The position numbers were made by a program, and so were the translations under genes. The notes beneath the pieces were generated by a model that saw only the letters and a list, made by a program, of their open reading frames with translations, ran no database searches and was not told where the DNA came from. A DNA stretch of 64,000 nucleotides from Candidatus Latescibacterota bacterium (GTDB lineage: Bacteria; Latescibacterota; UBA2968; UBA8231), in contig CBDCNM010000002.1 in the NCBI GenBank assembly GCA_965219385.1, positions 2,040,936-2,104,935 of the forward strand, in the 5' to 3' direction. This document shows, in pieces, positions 1 through 10,207 of the stretch (within the stretch, counting starts at the first letter, position 1; every line of letters starts with the position of its first letter).

Positions 1-663
1 ACTGCCCTCAAGCTGTGCCAGGACCGCGAAAAGATCCTGCGCCTCGCTTATTTCGGCCAGGGCGACCTGGGCCCGGACGCCCACGTGGCCCCGGTCCACC
101 CGTCCTACTGCGAAAAGGACCTGCCCGGGTACGACCCCCAAAAAGCCCGGCTCCTGCTGACGGAAGCCGGTCACCCGGAAGGTCTCAAGGTGAAACTCTC
201 CACCAAAAACGACATGGCCGAGCCGGAAATCGCCCAGGCCCTCAAGGAAATGGCCGCGCCCGGCGGCTTCGACATCCAGCTGGATATCGTCGAGCCCTCC
301 AACTACTGGGAGCGCTGGACCGAGGTGGACCTGGGGATTACCGCCTGGACCCACCGGCCGCTGGGCACCATGGTCCTGGCCCTGGCCTACACCGCCGACA
401 AAGACGGCACGCCCGTGCCCTGGAACGAAACCCGCTGGGTCAACGCCGAATTCGACCGGCTCTTGCGCCAGGCCGAGCGCACCCTCGACGTGGAGGCGCG
501 CCGCCAGGTCATGTGCCGCATCGAAGACATCATGCAGGAGCGCGGCCCCATCGGCATCCCCTTCTGGCGTCGGGTCTGGAACATCACCCGCTCGGAGTTC
601 GAGAACATCAGGGCGCACCCGACCAGCTACGACCTGTTCTGCGACGTCTGGAAAAACACCTGA
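1..663 (+). CDS. ABC transporter peptide/nickel-type substrate-binding protein (family 5), 5' partial
   Basis: Open frame from base 1. YDPQKARLLLTEAG and WNETRWVNAEFDRLL...RRQVM match the SBP_bac_5 C-terminus. Followed by permeases. Confidence 0.9.
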   Translation, partial: TALKLCQDREKILRLAYFGQGDLGPDAHVAPVHPSYCEKDLPGYDPQKARLLLTEAGHPEGLKVKLSTKNDMAEPEIAQALKEMAAPGGFDIQLDIVEPSNYWERWTEVDLGITAWTHRPLGTMVLALAYTADKDGTPVPWNETRWVNAEFDRLLRQAERTLDVEARRQVMCRIEDIMQERGPIGIPFWRRVWNITRSEFENIRAHPTSYDLFCDVWKNT

Positions 664-675
664 TAGGAAGGCTTC

Positions 676-1974
676 ATGCCGGGTTTTGTGCTGCGCAATC
701 TGGTGTCGATGCTGGGGACCATGGCGCTGGTCTCGCTGGCGCTCTTCGCGCTCCTCGAAGCGGGCAGCGGCGACGTCACCAAGAAGATCCTCGGCGCCTT
801 TGCCACTCCCGAGCAAAGGGTCTCGTACCGGGCCCAGCTCGGCCTCGATCAGCCCCTGTGGCTGCGCTACGCGACCTGGCTGGCCGGCAACGACTGGTGG
901 GTCCAGGACCGCGTCGGCCGGCCTTTGCGCCGGGTTTTAAATCCGCACACCCACGAGCCCGAGTGGTGGGCCGACGACGAGGGCCATCTGACCCGCTGGA
1001 AGATGGAAGAGGGGCGACTGATCGCCCTGCGTCGCCGGCCCGACGGCTCGACCCGGACGGATAGCGCCGACCACCTGTGGCGGCAGGGTGCGGATAACTC
1101 GCAGTTCTTCTGGGGGGTCGATCTCCACAACCGCGCCGTCAGGTGGGTGCGCGGCACCGGCGCCCAAACCTGGGTCCTGACCCCGGCCGGCTTCCGCCTA
1201 GAAGGCGACGGTCCCCAGGACTACATCCCCCTGCAAAAGGGCTTGCTGCGCGGCGACCCCGGACAATCCCTGCGCACCGGCCGCCCGGTCGAGGCGACCC
1301 TCTTTCCGCGCCTGCGCAACACCGCTATCCTGGCGGGCCTGGCCTTTGTCTCGATCATGCCGCTGGCCCTCTTGCTGGGCGTGGTCGCCGGCATCCTCGC
1401 CGGCCGTCTGCCCGACCGGATCCTGTCCATCGGCAGCCTGATCGCCACGGCCACCCCGGAATTCGTCACCGGGATTTTCCTGATTCTCATCTTCGGCATC
1501 TGGCTCCAGGCCCTGCCGGCAGTCTCGGTCTTCCTGGACAAGGACGCGGTCTTCCAGGATCCCCGGCTGCTGGTGCTGCCCGTGCTCACCCTCACCGCCG
1601 TCGAGCTGGGGTACATCATCCGCATGACCCGCTCCAGCATGATCCAGGTGATGCAGAGCCCCTATATCCGCACCGCCATCCTCAAAGGCCTGCCCCTGCG
1701 GCGCGTGGTCCTGCGCCACGCCCTGCGCCACGCCCTGATCGCTCCCATCACGGCGATCATGCTGCACGTCAACTGGCTGATCGGCGGGCTGGTGGTGGTC
1801 GAAGCGGTCTTCGGCTATCCGGGGTTGGGCCTGTACATCTACGACTCGGCCCTGTTCGGGGATTTCAACGCGGTCGAGGCCGCGGCCATGCTCCTGGTCG
1901 GCATTGCGGTCCTCACCCGCCTGATCGGCGATCTGGCCTACACCTATTTAAATCCGCGCATCCGCTTTGCCTAA
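676..1974 (+). CDS. ABC transporter permease, DppB/OppB-like
   Basis: LGLDQPLWLRY, GDPGQSL, EAA-loop YIRTAILKGL, VVVEAVFGYPGLG, LNPRIR end. Confidence 0.92.
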   Translation: MPGFVLRNLVSMLGTMALVSLALFALLEAGSGDVTKKILGAFATPEQRVSYRAQLGLDQPLWLRYATWLAGNDWWVQDRVGRPLRRVLNPHTHEPEWWADDEGHLTRWKMEEGRLIALRRRPDGSTRTDSADHLWRQGADNSQFFWGVDLHNRAVRWVRGTGAQTWVLTPAGFRLEGDGPQDYIPLQKGLLRGDPGQSLRTGRPVEATLFPRLRNTAILAGLAFVSIMPLALLLGVVAGILAGRLPDRILSIGSLIATATPEFVTGIFLILIFGIWLQALPAVSVFLDKDAVFQDPRLLVLPVLTLTAVELGYIIRMTRSSMIQVMQSPYIRTAILKGLPLRRVVLRHALRHALIAPITAIMLHVNWLIGGLVVVEAVFGYPGLGLYIYDSALFGDFNAVEAAAMLLVGIAVLTRLIGDLAYTYLNPRIRFA

Positions 1975-2018
1975 CCCCTTTTGCCAGGAGGTCGCCCATT
2001 TCGGCCCCACTGCCCGCC

Positions 2019-2915
2019 ATGGCCTCTGAACCACGCCGTTCCAAACCGCGCCGCTACTGGAGCCGGGTTGCGATCATCTTCGCCTCCAGGATAGGCGCCG
2101 TGGGACTCTGTGTGGTGTTGTTCTGGTTCGGAGTGGGGCTTGTATCGCTCCTGTGGACCCCCTACCAGCCCACGGCCACGGATTTCGCGCAAAATGCGCC
2201 GCCCAGCCTGCAACACCCCCTGGGCACCGATCACCTGGGCCGCGACCTGCTCTCGCGCCTCATGGCCGGCACCCAGGGGGTCCTCATCAAGACCCGTCTC
2301 CCCGGTGGTCTGCCCCTGCCGGGCGGGGTGGCCCTGTGGGGGGTGTTCGGCTCCCTGGCCCTGGGCACCTTCCTGGGCCTCAACGCCGGGTACCGGCACA
2401 GCTGGACCGACCAGCTCATCATGCAGGTCCTGGACGCCCTCATCGCCTTTCCCCGCATCGTGCTCTACCTGATCGTCATCGCCGCCCTGGGCCAGGGCGA
2501 TCCCGTGGTCGTCCTGGCCATCACCGTGACCGGGGTTCCGGGCGTGGCCCGGCTGGTGCGCGGCATGACCCTGGACATCAAAAACCGCGATTACATCCAG
2601 GCCGCCCGCACCCGTGGCGAGAGCGCCTGGTACATCATGTTCCACGAGATCCTGCCCAATGTCCGCGGCCCCCTCATCGTGGACGCCACCCTCAGGGTCG
2701 GGTACGCCATCTTCACCATCGGCGCCCTGGGCTTCCTGGGCATTGGCCTGCCCCCGCCCGACCCGGACTGGGGCAGCATGGTAAACGAGGCGCGTCGTTT
2801 TATTTTTTTTAATCCTCTGGCCGTCTTGTGGCCGGCCGCGGCCATCTCCTCCCTGGTGGTGGGCCTGAACCTCTGCGCCGATGGCTTGCAGGAAGAGTCG
2901 TCGCGCTTTCAGTAG
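2019..2915 (+). CDS. ABC transporter permease, DppC/OppC-like
   Basis: HPLGTDHLGRDLLSR, YIQAARTRGE, FLGIGLPPPDPDWG. First ATG at 2019; possible ATT start at 1998. Confidence 0.9.
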   Translation: MASEPRRSKPRRYWSRVAIIFASRIGAVGLCVVLFWFGVGLVSLLWTPYQPTATDFAQNAPPSLQHPLGTDHLGRDLLSRLMAGTQGVLIKTRLPGGLPLPGGVALWGVFGSLALGTFLGLNAGYRHSWTDQLIMQVLDALIAFPRIVLYLIVIAALGQGDPVVVLAITVTGVPGVARLVRGMTLDIKNRDYIQAARTRGESAWYIMFHEILPNVRGPLIVDATLRVGYAIFTIGALGFLGIGLPPPDPDWGSMVNEARRFIFFNPLAVLWPAAAISSLVVGLNLCADGLQEESSRFQ

Positions 2916-2934
2916 TAGTAGTGAGGTTGCTGGT

Positions 2935-5022
2935 ATGTCCGACCCTGCAGCTACCGTCCTCCAGGTCGAAAACCTCGCCGTCGCCTACAAGGTCCACGGC
3001 GGCGAAGTAGAGGCCGTATCCGCTGTCTCTTTTGCGATCGGCCGGGGGGAAAGCTTTGGCCTGGTCGGCGAGTCGGGGTGCGGCAAGAGCACCGTGGCCT
3101 GGGCCATCGTCAACTTCCTGGGGGCCAACGGCTACATCGCGCAGGGCAGCATCCGCTTCCTGGGAGAGGAACTGGTGGGCGTCACCGGTCGCGCCCTGAA
3201 CCGGCTGCGCGGCGACCAGATCGCCATGGTCTACCAGAACCCCACGCAGGCCCTGAACCCTTCCCTGCGCGTGGAGGACCAGCTCAAAGAAACCCTCCAG
3301 GTGCACCAGGACATGAGCGACCAACAGGCCCGGGAGCGCTGCCTGGAGATGCTGGACCGGGTCCACATGCCCGATCCTGCCCTAGTGCTGCGCCGTTATC
3401 CCCATCAGCTCTCGGGCGGACAGCAGCAGCGCGTAGTGATCGCCATGGCCCTGCTGAACAATCCGGCCCTGCTGATCATGGACGAACCCACCACCGCCCT
3501 GGACGTGACCATGGAAGCCGCGGTCCTCGACCTGATCGGAGAACTGCGGCGCGAATCCGACACCGCCCTTTTATTCATCAGCCACAACCTGGGGATCGTC
3601 GCCCGGGTCTGCGATCAGGTAGGGGTCATGTACGCCGGCGAGCTGGTGGAACGGGCCGCCGTGCGCCCGCTCTTCAAGCAGCCGCGCCATCCCTATACCC
3701 AGGACCTGCTGCGCTGTATTCCGCAGGTGGGGGACAGTAAGTCCAGCAAGCCGCTCTATCCCATCCCCGGCCAGGTGCCGCCTCCCGACCGGCGGCCCTC
3801 CGGCTGCCACTTTGCCCCGCGCTGCGCCCATGCCCGGGAGCGCTGCCGGTCCGAGCACCCCATCCTGCGTCCACTAGGGGATCAATGGGTGAACTGCCAC
3901 TTTGCCGAAGAGATCGACCCGGCCGCCTGGGAACCTCCCACAGAATCGCTCCCCGCTCCCCCTCCTGCAGCAAAACGCGGCGAGACCACGCCCCTTTTGG
4001 TCGAAGATCTCGAAACCCGCTACCCACACCGCAGCGGTTCCCTCAAAGAAATGCTGGGGCTGGAGGAAAAAAACTACCTGCGCGCGGTCAACGGGGTGAG
4101 CTTCGCGTTGCCCCAGGGCAGGAGCCTGGGCATCGTCGGAGAATCGGGCTGCGGTAAAAGCACCCTGGTCAAGACCCTCATCGGGCTGGAGCCCAGCGCC
4201 GGCGGCCGGGCCGGTTTCATGGGATTCGATCTGACCACAGACCTGGCCCGGCGCGATGTCGAGTTGCTGCGCGAACTCCAGATGGTCTTCCAGGATCCGG
4301 ACTCCACCCTCAACCCCGCCTACGCCGTGGGCCACCAGATCGCCCGCGTCCTGCGCCGCTTCGGCACCCTTCCCGGGGACCAGGTGTACGGCGAAACCAT
4401 CGAACTGTTGAAGGCCGTGCGGCTGGACGAAGGTTATTATCACCGCTACCCACGCCAGCTGAGCGGCGGCGAAAAGCAACGGGTCGGAATTGCCCGGGCC
4501 TTTGCCAGCCACCCCGATCTGGTGCTGTGCGACGAACCCGTGAGCGCCCTCGACGTCTCGGTCCAGGCCGCCATTCTCAATTTGCTGCTGGAGATTCAGC
4601 ACCAGCACAACACCACCGTGATCTTCATCGCCCACAACCTGGCCGTGGTGCGATTCTTCTCCGACTACGTGGCGGTTATGTACCTGGGACAGATCGTGGA
4701 AATCGGTACGGCCGCAGCCGTCTATGCGCCGCCCTACCACCCCTATACAGAGGCCCTGCTCGCAGCCGCCCCGATCCCCGACCCCGACGCGCAACAACCC
4801 CGGATCCGCCTGGAGGGCAACGTCCCCAGCGCCCTCGACCCACCCGGTGGATGCCCATTCCACCCCCGCTGCCCGCGCCGCCAGCTATTGCCCGACGACG
4901 GCGCCCTCTGCGCCACCGACGCCCCGCCCTGGCGCACCACCGCAGAGGGGCACCGCATTTTCTGCCATCTGCCGCTGGAGGACCTGGCCGCTCTGGGGCC
5001 GGTGGTCAATGCGAAAGGTTGA
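2935..5022 (+). CDS. Fused dipeptide ABC ATP-binding protein (DppD+DppF)
   Basis: Two Walker A motifs (GESGCGKS), two LSGG signatures, two Cys-rich oligo-HPY C-terminal domains. Confidence 0.93.
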   Translation: MSDPAATVLQVENLAVAYKVHGGEVEAVSAVSFAIGRGESFGLVGESGCGKSTVAWAIVNFLGANGYIAQGSIRFLGEELVGVTGRALNRLRGDQIAMVYQNPTQALNPSLRVEDQLKETLQVHQDMSDQQARERCLEMLDRVHMPDPALVLRRYPHQLSGGQQQRVVIAMALLNNPALLIMDEPTTALDVTMEAAVLDLIGELRRESDTALLFISHNLGIVARVCDQVGVMYAGELVERAAVRPLFKQPRHPYTQDLLRCIPQVGDSKSSKPLYPIPGQVPPPDRRPSGCHFAPRCAHARERCRSEHPILRPLGDQWVNCHFAEEIDPAAWEPPTESLPAPPPAAKRGETTPLLVEDLETRYPHRSGSLKEMLGLEEKNYLRAVNGVSFALPQGRSLGIVGESGCGKSTLVKTLIGLEPSAGGRAGFMGFDLTTDLARRDVELLRELQMVFQDPDSTLNPAYAVGHQIARVLRRFGTLPGDQVYGETIELLKAVRLDEGYYHRYPRQLSGGEKQRVGIARAFASHPDLVLCDEPVSALDVSVQAAILNLLLEIQHQHNTTVIFIAHNLAVVRFFSDYVAVMYLGQIVEIGTAAAVYAPPYHPYTEALLAAAPIPDPDAQQPRIRLEGNVPSALDPPGGCPFHPRCPRRQLLPDDGALCATDAPPWRTTAEGHRIFCHLPLEDLAALGPVVNAKG

Positions 5023-5084
5023 GCCTTCAGTGCTGCTTTTTTCAGCTTGACGCAGGAAGGGGTTTCTGGATTTTGGCCAAGAAC

Positions 5085-5300
5085 TCACCGGCTCTCCTTG
5101 GGGGGGAAACCATGCTCTTCCCCGTAGCGCGGCAGCCAGTAGTCGAACCAGATGGCTTCGCAGCGCGGGTTGCAAAAGCTCAGAGACTGGCCACCGTATT
5201 CGACGCGCCAGAACTGCTTCACCATCATCTTGCCGCACAAATCGCAGCGGTGGATCTGCGTCGCGTACAAAGCCTCGGAAATAGGTTCCCACTGACCCAT
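5085..5300 (-). CDS. Small (71 aa) putative metal-binding protein, CxxC...FCxxxC (TRASH/YHS-like)
   Basis: MGQWEPISEALY...CDLCGK...FCNPRCE. TGATG overlap with the hydantoinase B stop; AGGAGGAG SD upstream. Confidence 0.75.
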   Translation of the reverse strand: MGQWEPISEALYATQIHRCDLCGKMMVKQFWRVEYGGQSLSFCNPRCEAIWFDYWLPRYGEEHGFPPKESR

Positions 5301-7084
5301 CACTCCTCCTTTTGCTGGCGCAATTTGTTGGTCGCGTCTTCGTCGACGCGCCAGTCTCCATCCTCCTCCCGGGCCAGGACCACACGGTACACCTGGCAAG
5401 CCTCTTGCGGGGAGACAAACCCCTCGCGCACATCCTCCAGGACCAGCGGGGGCTCGCGCTCCTCGGGCAACCCGTAGCCCCCACCGCCCGGACTGGCGAT
5501 TGTGATCTGGTCGCCCTGCCGGACCTGGATATCCGCGAACTTGTTGGGCGATACCGTGCCGTAGACCTCGGCGAAGGTGCGCCACTGATCGTCGCCCTTT
5601 TTGCAGATGCGGATGGTGCCGCTGGCCCCCTCTTTTCCTCCGAAAAGGCCCCAGGCCCTCATTTCATGGCGGTCCATGAAGCTGGAAACCGTGATCTCCG
5701 GGGCCAGGACCTCGAGCACCCGGAAGCTGCCGCACCCGCCCCGGTGGCGCCCGTGTCCGCCCGTGTCCGCGGCGATCCGATAGGTCTTGACCTGCCAGGG
5801 ATAGCGGGTCTCAAAGACCTCCACCGGGGTGTTGCGGCAGTTGCCGTTGATGGGACACTGGGTGTGGTTCCCATCGCTGGTCGCCTTGCCGCCCCAGCCG
5901 CAGCCTTCGAAATGGTAATTGGCGTAGAGCTGGCCGGTGTGCGGATGGCGGCCGCCAAAGAGGAAATTGGAGGCGCTGCCACCGCTGGCCGCGGCCACGC
6001 GCTCGGGCATGGCCTGCGCCAGGCAGCCGAAGAGGACGTCCACGATGCGCTCGTGGATCTCGGAGTTGCCGCCCACGCTGGGCCCGGGGTGCTCGACATT
6101 GACCACACTGCCCGGCGGCACGATCATCTGAATGGGACGGTAGCACCCCGAGTTGCGCGGGATGGTCTGATCGGTGATGTTGAGCATGGCGTTGAAGGTG
6201 GCCGAGGCGGTCACCCCGTAGGTGCAGTTGCACGGCCCCTGGGCCTGGGGACTGGACCCAGTGTAGTCGAAGATGACCTCCTGGTCGCGCACGATGATGG
6301 TGCACTTGATCCGATAGCGCTGGTCGGGCACGACCCCGTCGTTCTCGACCCAGTCCTCGAAGCTGTACTCGCCGTTGGGCACCTGGCCGATCTGCGCCCG
6401 CATCCGCCTTTCCGAGTAATCCATGAGCTGCTTGCCAGCGCCGAGGACCTGGTCGAAGCCATAGCGCTCGAGCAGCTGGTGCAGCCGGCGCTCGGCCACA
6501 TTGAGCGAGCCGATCATGGCGTGAAAGTCGCCCCAGGAGGTGCGGGGGGTGCGGTGATTGGCCAGGATGACCTTCCACAGATCCTCGACGTATTCCTCCT
6601 CCTGGACGATCTTGATGGGCGGCAGTCTCAGGCCCTCCTGGTAGACCTCCTTGGCATCGGCGGCAAACCCGCCTATGGCCTTGCCGCCGATCTCGGTGAT
6701 GTGGGCGATATTGCCGATAAAGCCGTAAAGCTCGCCCTCGTAGTACACCCCCTTGATCACGGTGTGCTCGGGCATGTGGCAGCCGGCGCGGTAGGGATCG
6801 TTGTGCATCACCACATCGCCGGGCTTGAAGTTTTCCAGGCCCACTTCGGCAATGGTCCACTGCATGGTGTAGAGAATGGCTCCGATCTGCGCCGGACAGA
6901 ACTCGGCGTAGCCCACCATCTCTCCGTCGCGGTCGAAGATCACACAGGAAAAATCCAGGCCCTCGTTGAAAATGGAGGAATAGGAGGTCTTCATCATGGC
7001 CAATCCCATCTCCCTACAGGTGTTGACCAGGTAATTGTTGATGATGGTCAGGGTGACGCTGTCCAGTGCCTGGTCCCTTGCCAT
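5300..7084 (-). CDS. Hydantoinase B/oxoprolinase family protein
   Basis: KTSYSSIFNEGLDFSC, HNDPYRAGCH, YQEGLRLPP, NTPVEVFETRYP, SPGGGGYG. Confidence 0.93.
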   Translation of the reverse strand: MARDQALDSVTLTIINNYLVNTCREMGLAMMKTSYSSIFNEGLDFSCVIFDRDGEMVGYAEFCPAQIGAILYTMQWTIAEVGLENFKPGDVVMHNDPYRAGCHMPEHTVIKGVYYEGELYGFIGNIAHITEIGGKAIGGFAADAKEVYQEGLRLPPIKIVQEEEYVEDLWKVILANHRTPRTSWGDFHAMIGSLNVAERRLHQLLERYGFDQVLGAGKQLMDYSERRMRAQIGQVPNGEYSFEDWVENDGVVPDQRYRIKCTIIVRDQEVIFDYTGSSPQAQGPCNCTYGVTASATFNAMLNITDQTIPRNSGCYRPIQMIVPPGSVVNVEHPGPSVGGNSEIHERIVDVLFGCLAQAMPERVAAASGGSASNFLFGGRHPHTGQLYANYHFEGCGWGGKATSDGNHTQCPINGNCRNTPVEVFETRYPWQVKTYRIAADTGGHGRHRGGCGSFRVLEVLAPEITVSSFMDRHEMRAWGLFGGKEGASGTIRICKKGDDQWRTFAEVYGTVSPNKFADIQVRQGDQITIASPGGGGYGLPEEREPPLVLEDVREGFVSPQEACQVYRVVLAREEDGDWRVDEDATNKLRQQKEE

Positions 7085-7089
7085 ACCCC

Positions 7090-9120
7090 TCAAGCCTCCA
7101 TTAATTCGAGGATTAGATTGGCGTGCTCGTCGACTCCTAGCTCCACCCCCGAGGGCACAAAGGTGGTAGAGTCGCTCTCTTCGACCACCAGCGGACCGCT
7201 CAAGGGCCCTGGAACCGGAAGTTGCTCCCGCCGGTATATGGGCATCTGCACGGCGTCGGCAGCAGACTCGCATACCAGACGTCGCTCCATCGGCTCGCCC
7301 TCCCGGCCGGCCAATCCCAGTTCGATCCGCGGCCTCTGCCCGACTTCGGCAATGGAGACCTTGAGGTGCACCAGCTCAATGGTCTCGTCCTCGAAGTGGT
7401 AGCCGTAGAACCGGTGGTGAAGCTGGTGGAAGCGCTCCAGGGCACCCTGCAGGCCGTGCTGGGGATGGTACTCGACGTCCTGCTCGTAGTTTTGCTGATA
7501 GTACCTCATGCTGATGGAAAGACTTTCCCGCGCATCGCCCCGCAGCCCCTCGCGCTCGATCTCCTCCCGGGCCTCCTCCAGAATCGCCGCGTAGCGGGCT
7601 TGCAGGGTATGATCCGCTACATCCCTGTCGCGCGCCGCAAAGGTATGGATCTTTTCCACTCGCAGATCGGAGATGGCCGCGCCGAAGGCCGAACACAGAC
7701 CCGGGTGGGACGGCACCACGACGGTCTGGATGCCCAGTTTGCGGGCAATGGACACGGCGTGGAGGGGTCCGGCCCCGCCAAAAGCTACCAGCGCGAAGTC
7801 GCGCGGATCGATACCCCGCTCAATGGTGAGCAGGCGAATCGCATTGGTCATGTTCTCATCGGCGATCTCGACCATGGCCATGGCTGCCGCTCGAGGGGTG
7901 ACCCCCATGCGGCCGGCCAGTGAAGCCATGGCCTGTGCCGCCAATTCGGGATAAAGCGCCAGTTCACCCCCCAGAAAAAAGGCGGGATTCAAACGTCCCA
8001 GTATTAAATTGGCGTCCGTCACCGTGGCCTCTCCCCCCCCTGCTCCGTAGCAGGCCGGTCCCGGCACGGCTCCGGCGCTTTGCGGGCCGACATTGAGCAT
8101 GCCGCCTTTGTCGATCCAGGCGATGGAGCCACCCCCGGCCCCCAGGGTCCGCACCTCGGTGATGGGAATGGCCACGGGCAGCCCCCACTCGATCTCGAAT
8201 TCGGTGGTGAACTGTTGTTCCCCTTCGACCACCAGCCCCACATCGCAACTGGTGCCCCCCATATCCAGGGTGATGGCGTTGGAGAATCCCGCCGTTTGCG
8301 CAAAGTGCCGGCCCCCGACAATGCCGCCGGCCAGTCCGGAGAGCAGGATATCCACCGGCCGCCGGGGGGCGTGGTCCAGCAGGGTGGTCCCGCCATCCGA
8401 TTTGAGGAAGCAACACGGGCCGGACACGCCCCTGGTTTCCAGAGCCGCGGCGATATCGCGGCAGTAGTCCTGGATGAGCGGTTTTACGTAGGCATCGGCC
8501 AGGACCGTACTGGAACGCTCGTACTCGCGCCAGATGGGCGCGATCCGGTGGGACAGAGAAACCGGGATATGCGGAAATGCTTCCTCTATAAACCTGCCAA
8601 GTTCCAGCTCGTGGGCTGGATTGATGTACGAGAACAGAAGGCACACGGCAAGGGCGTCTACGGCCTGGCTGCGCAGCAGATCCTCGATCCCGGCCCCCAG
8701 TTCTGCAAGGGCCTCCGGCCCCAGCGGCACCACGACCTCTCCCTGCGCACTGATCCGCTCTTTCACGCCCAGGCAGTGGCGCCGCTTCACCAGGGGCTGC
8801 GGCTTGAGCCACTGCAAATCGTACTCGCTCTTGCGGTTGGTGCGCTGGATGAACGGAATGTCCTCGAAGCCGGCCGTGGTGACAAAGGCGATTTGGGCCC
8901 CCTGGCGCTGGATCAGGGCATTGGTCGCAACCGTGGTACCGTGCACGATCCGCTCGATATCGGCAAAAGACAGGGATGCCTGCTCCAGCACCCGCATAAA
9001 GGCGCGCATGGGCGCATCGGGGGTGGAGGGATGTTTGGCGATCTCTACGGAACCGTCCTCTGCAAGGGCGACCAGATCCGTAAAGGTGCCTCCAGTATCA
9101 ATCCCTACATCAACCGACAT
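7090..9120 (-). CDS. Hydantoinase A/oxoprolinase family protein (ATP-binding subunit)
   Basis: GIDTGGTFTD, HGTTVATNA, DMGGTSCD, GAGGGSI, GPQSAGAVPGPACY. Confidence 0.93.
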   Translation of the reverse strand: MSVDVGIDTGGTFTDLVALAEDGSVEIAKHPSTPDAPMRAFMRVLEQASLSFADIERIVHGTTVATNALIQRQGAQIAFVTTAGFEDIPFIQRTNRKSEYDLQWLKPQPLVKRRHCLGVKERISAQGEVVVPLGPEALAELGAGIEDLLRSQAVDALAVCLLFSYINPAHELELGRFIEEAFPHIPVSLSHRIAPIWREYERSSTVLADAYVKPLIQDYCRDIAAALETRGVSGPCCFLKSDGGTTLLDHAPRRPVDILLSGLAGGIVGGRHFAQTAGFSNAITLDMGGTSCDVGLVVEGEQQFTTEFEIEWGLPVAIPITEVRTLGAGGGSIAWIDKGGMLNVGPQSAGAVPGPACYGAGGGEATVTDANLILGRLNPAFFLGGELALYPELAAQAMASLAGRMGVTPRAAAMAMVEIADENMTNAIRLLTIERGIDPRDFALVAFGGAGPLHAVSIARKLGIQTVVVPSHPGLCSAFGAAISDLRVEKIHTFAARDRDVADHTLQARYAAILEEAREEIEREGLRGDARESLSISMRYYQQNYEQDVEYHPQHGLQGALERFHQLHHRFYGYHFEDETIELVHLKVSIAEVGQRPRIELGLAGREGEPMERRLVCESAADAVQMPIYRREQLPVPGPLSGPLVVEESDSTTFVPSGVELGVDEHANLILELMEA

Positions 9121-9165
9121 GCTGGTATCCTTCCCGACTCGCAACTCGATCCACGCCCTCACACA

Positions 9166-10059
9166 TTATTCGTACGGCCCCACCTCAACCATCCGGTACC
9201 CCCCCTCGAAGCCCTGCCTGGTCACGTACTGGAAGCGGTCCGGGGCGAATTCGCCCGCGTGTGGAAAGTGCACGTGGCCGCAGAAAATCCCGGCCAGGTT
9301 GTCGAACTCCCCTCCAGTCAGCAAGGCGTGGCACGCCCGGGTGCTCTCGTGGTTTTCCTTTACCCTCCACTTGATCCTGGTCTCCTCGGTCCACTCCTCT
9401 TCGGCCCCCATCATAATCGGCGCTTCCCAGCGCTCCATCACCGCCGGCAGCAGCGCCGGGGTATGGATCGGTATGTGGATGAACAGCAGACAGGGCTGCC
9501 CGCTCTGCAGCTGGGCCCGCAAAAAATCCACCTGGCCCTGGCTCACCTGGTAGTTGCTGTTGTCCAGGGCCACCAGACGCAGGCCTCCCAACTCCACGGC
9601 CTGGCAGGCCGGGTTCCCTTCGGTCAAGCGGTGAAATCTCGGGTAAAAATCCTCACGGGTCTTTTCGTTCCACTCCAGGTGGGGGAAGTACCAGTCGTGG
9701 TTGCCCAAGGTGTAAAGATAGGGCGCGTCCAGGGCCTGGACCCTTTCTTCGATAGCTTCCACCCCGGCCAGGGAGGGAAAATGGATGATATCCCCGGTCA
9801 ACACCGTACACTCCGCTCCGGCCTCCTTACCGCGCTCGAGGGCTTGCTCGAAAATCTGGAGTGGGTCCACTCCTCCGGGCGTGCGCGCCTGGAAAAGCGC
9901 CTGGTATTTGTCCGCGTCCTCGCGCGCCTCCGGGTCGCGTTCATCCCATGCCACGAAGTGGCTGTCCGTAATGTGCATCAACTTCACACCCCGTTCCAGT
10001 CCCTCGATCCGGATCGTGGTTTCCTCGTGGTTTTGCGGCTTGGTGTGTTCGACTTTCAC
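9166..10059 (-). CDS. Calcineurin-like metallophosphoesterase
   Basis: DSH, TGD, GNHD, GHVH motifs. GTG start with GGAGAG SD. Confidence 0.88.
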   Translation of the reverse strand: MKVEHTKPQNHEETTIRIEGLERGVKLMHITDSHFVAWDERDPEAREDADKYQALFQARTPGGVDPLQIFEQALERGKEAGAECTVLTGDIIHFPSLAGVEAIEERVQALDAPYLYTLGNHDWYFPHLEWNEKTREDFYPRFHRLTEGNPACQAVELGGLRLVALDNSNYQVSQGQVDFLRAQLQSGQPCLLFIHIPIHTPALLPAVMERWEAPIMMGAEEEWTEETRIKWRVKENHESTRACHALLTGGEFDNLAGIFCGHVHFPHAGEFAPDRFQYVTRQGFEGGYRMVEVGPYE

Positions 10060-10207
10060 GTTCTCTCCATAGATAAGGTTGGGCCTGCATGGCCCCGCCA
10101 GACACAATATCGGCAATATACTTGCTTGCTTCAACCCTGGGAATCTGGTCTTCTGGCTTGATGGAGTAGGGCCCAGGCTGTATCTTGGATTGAGAGGAAG
10201 AATCCCT

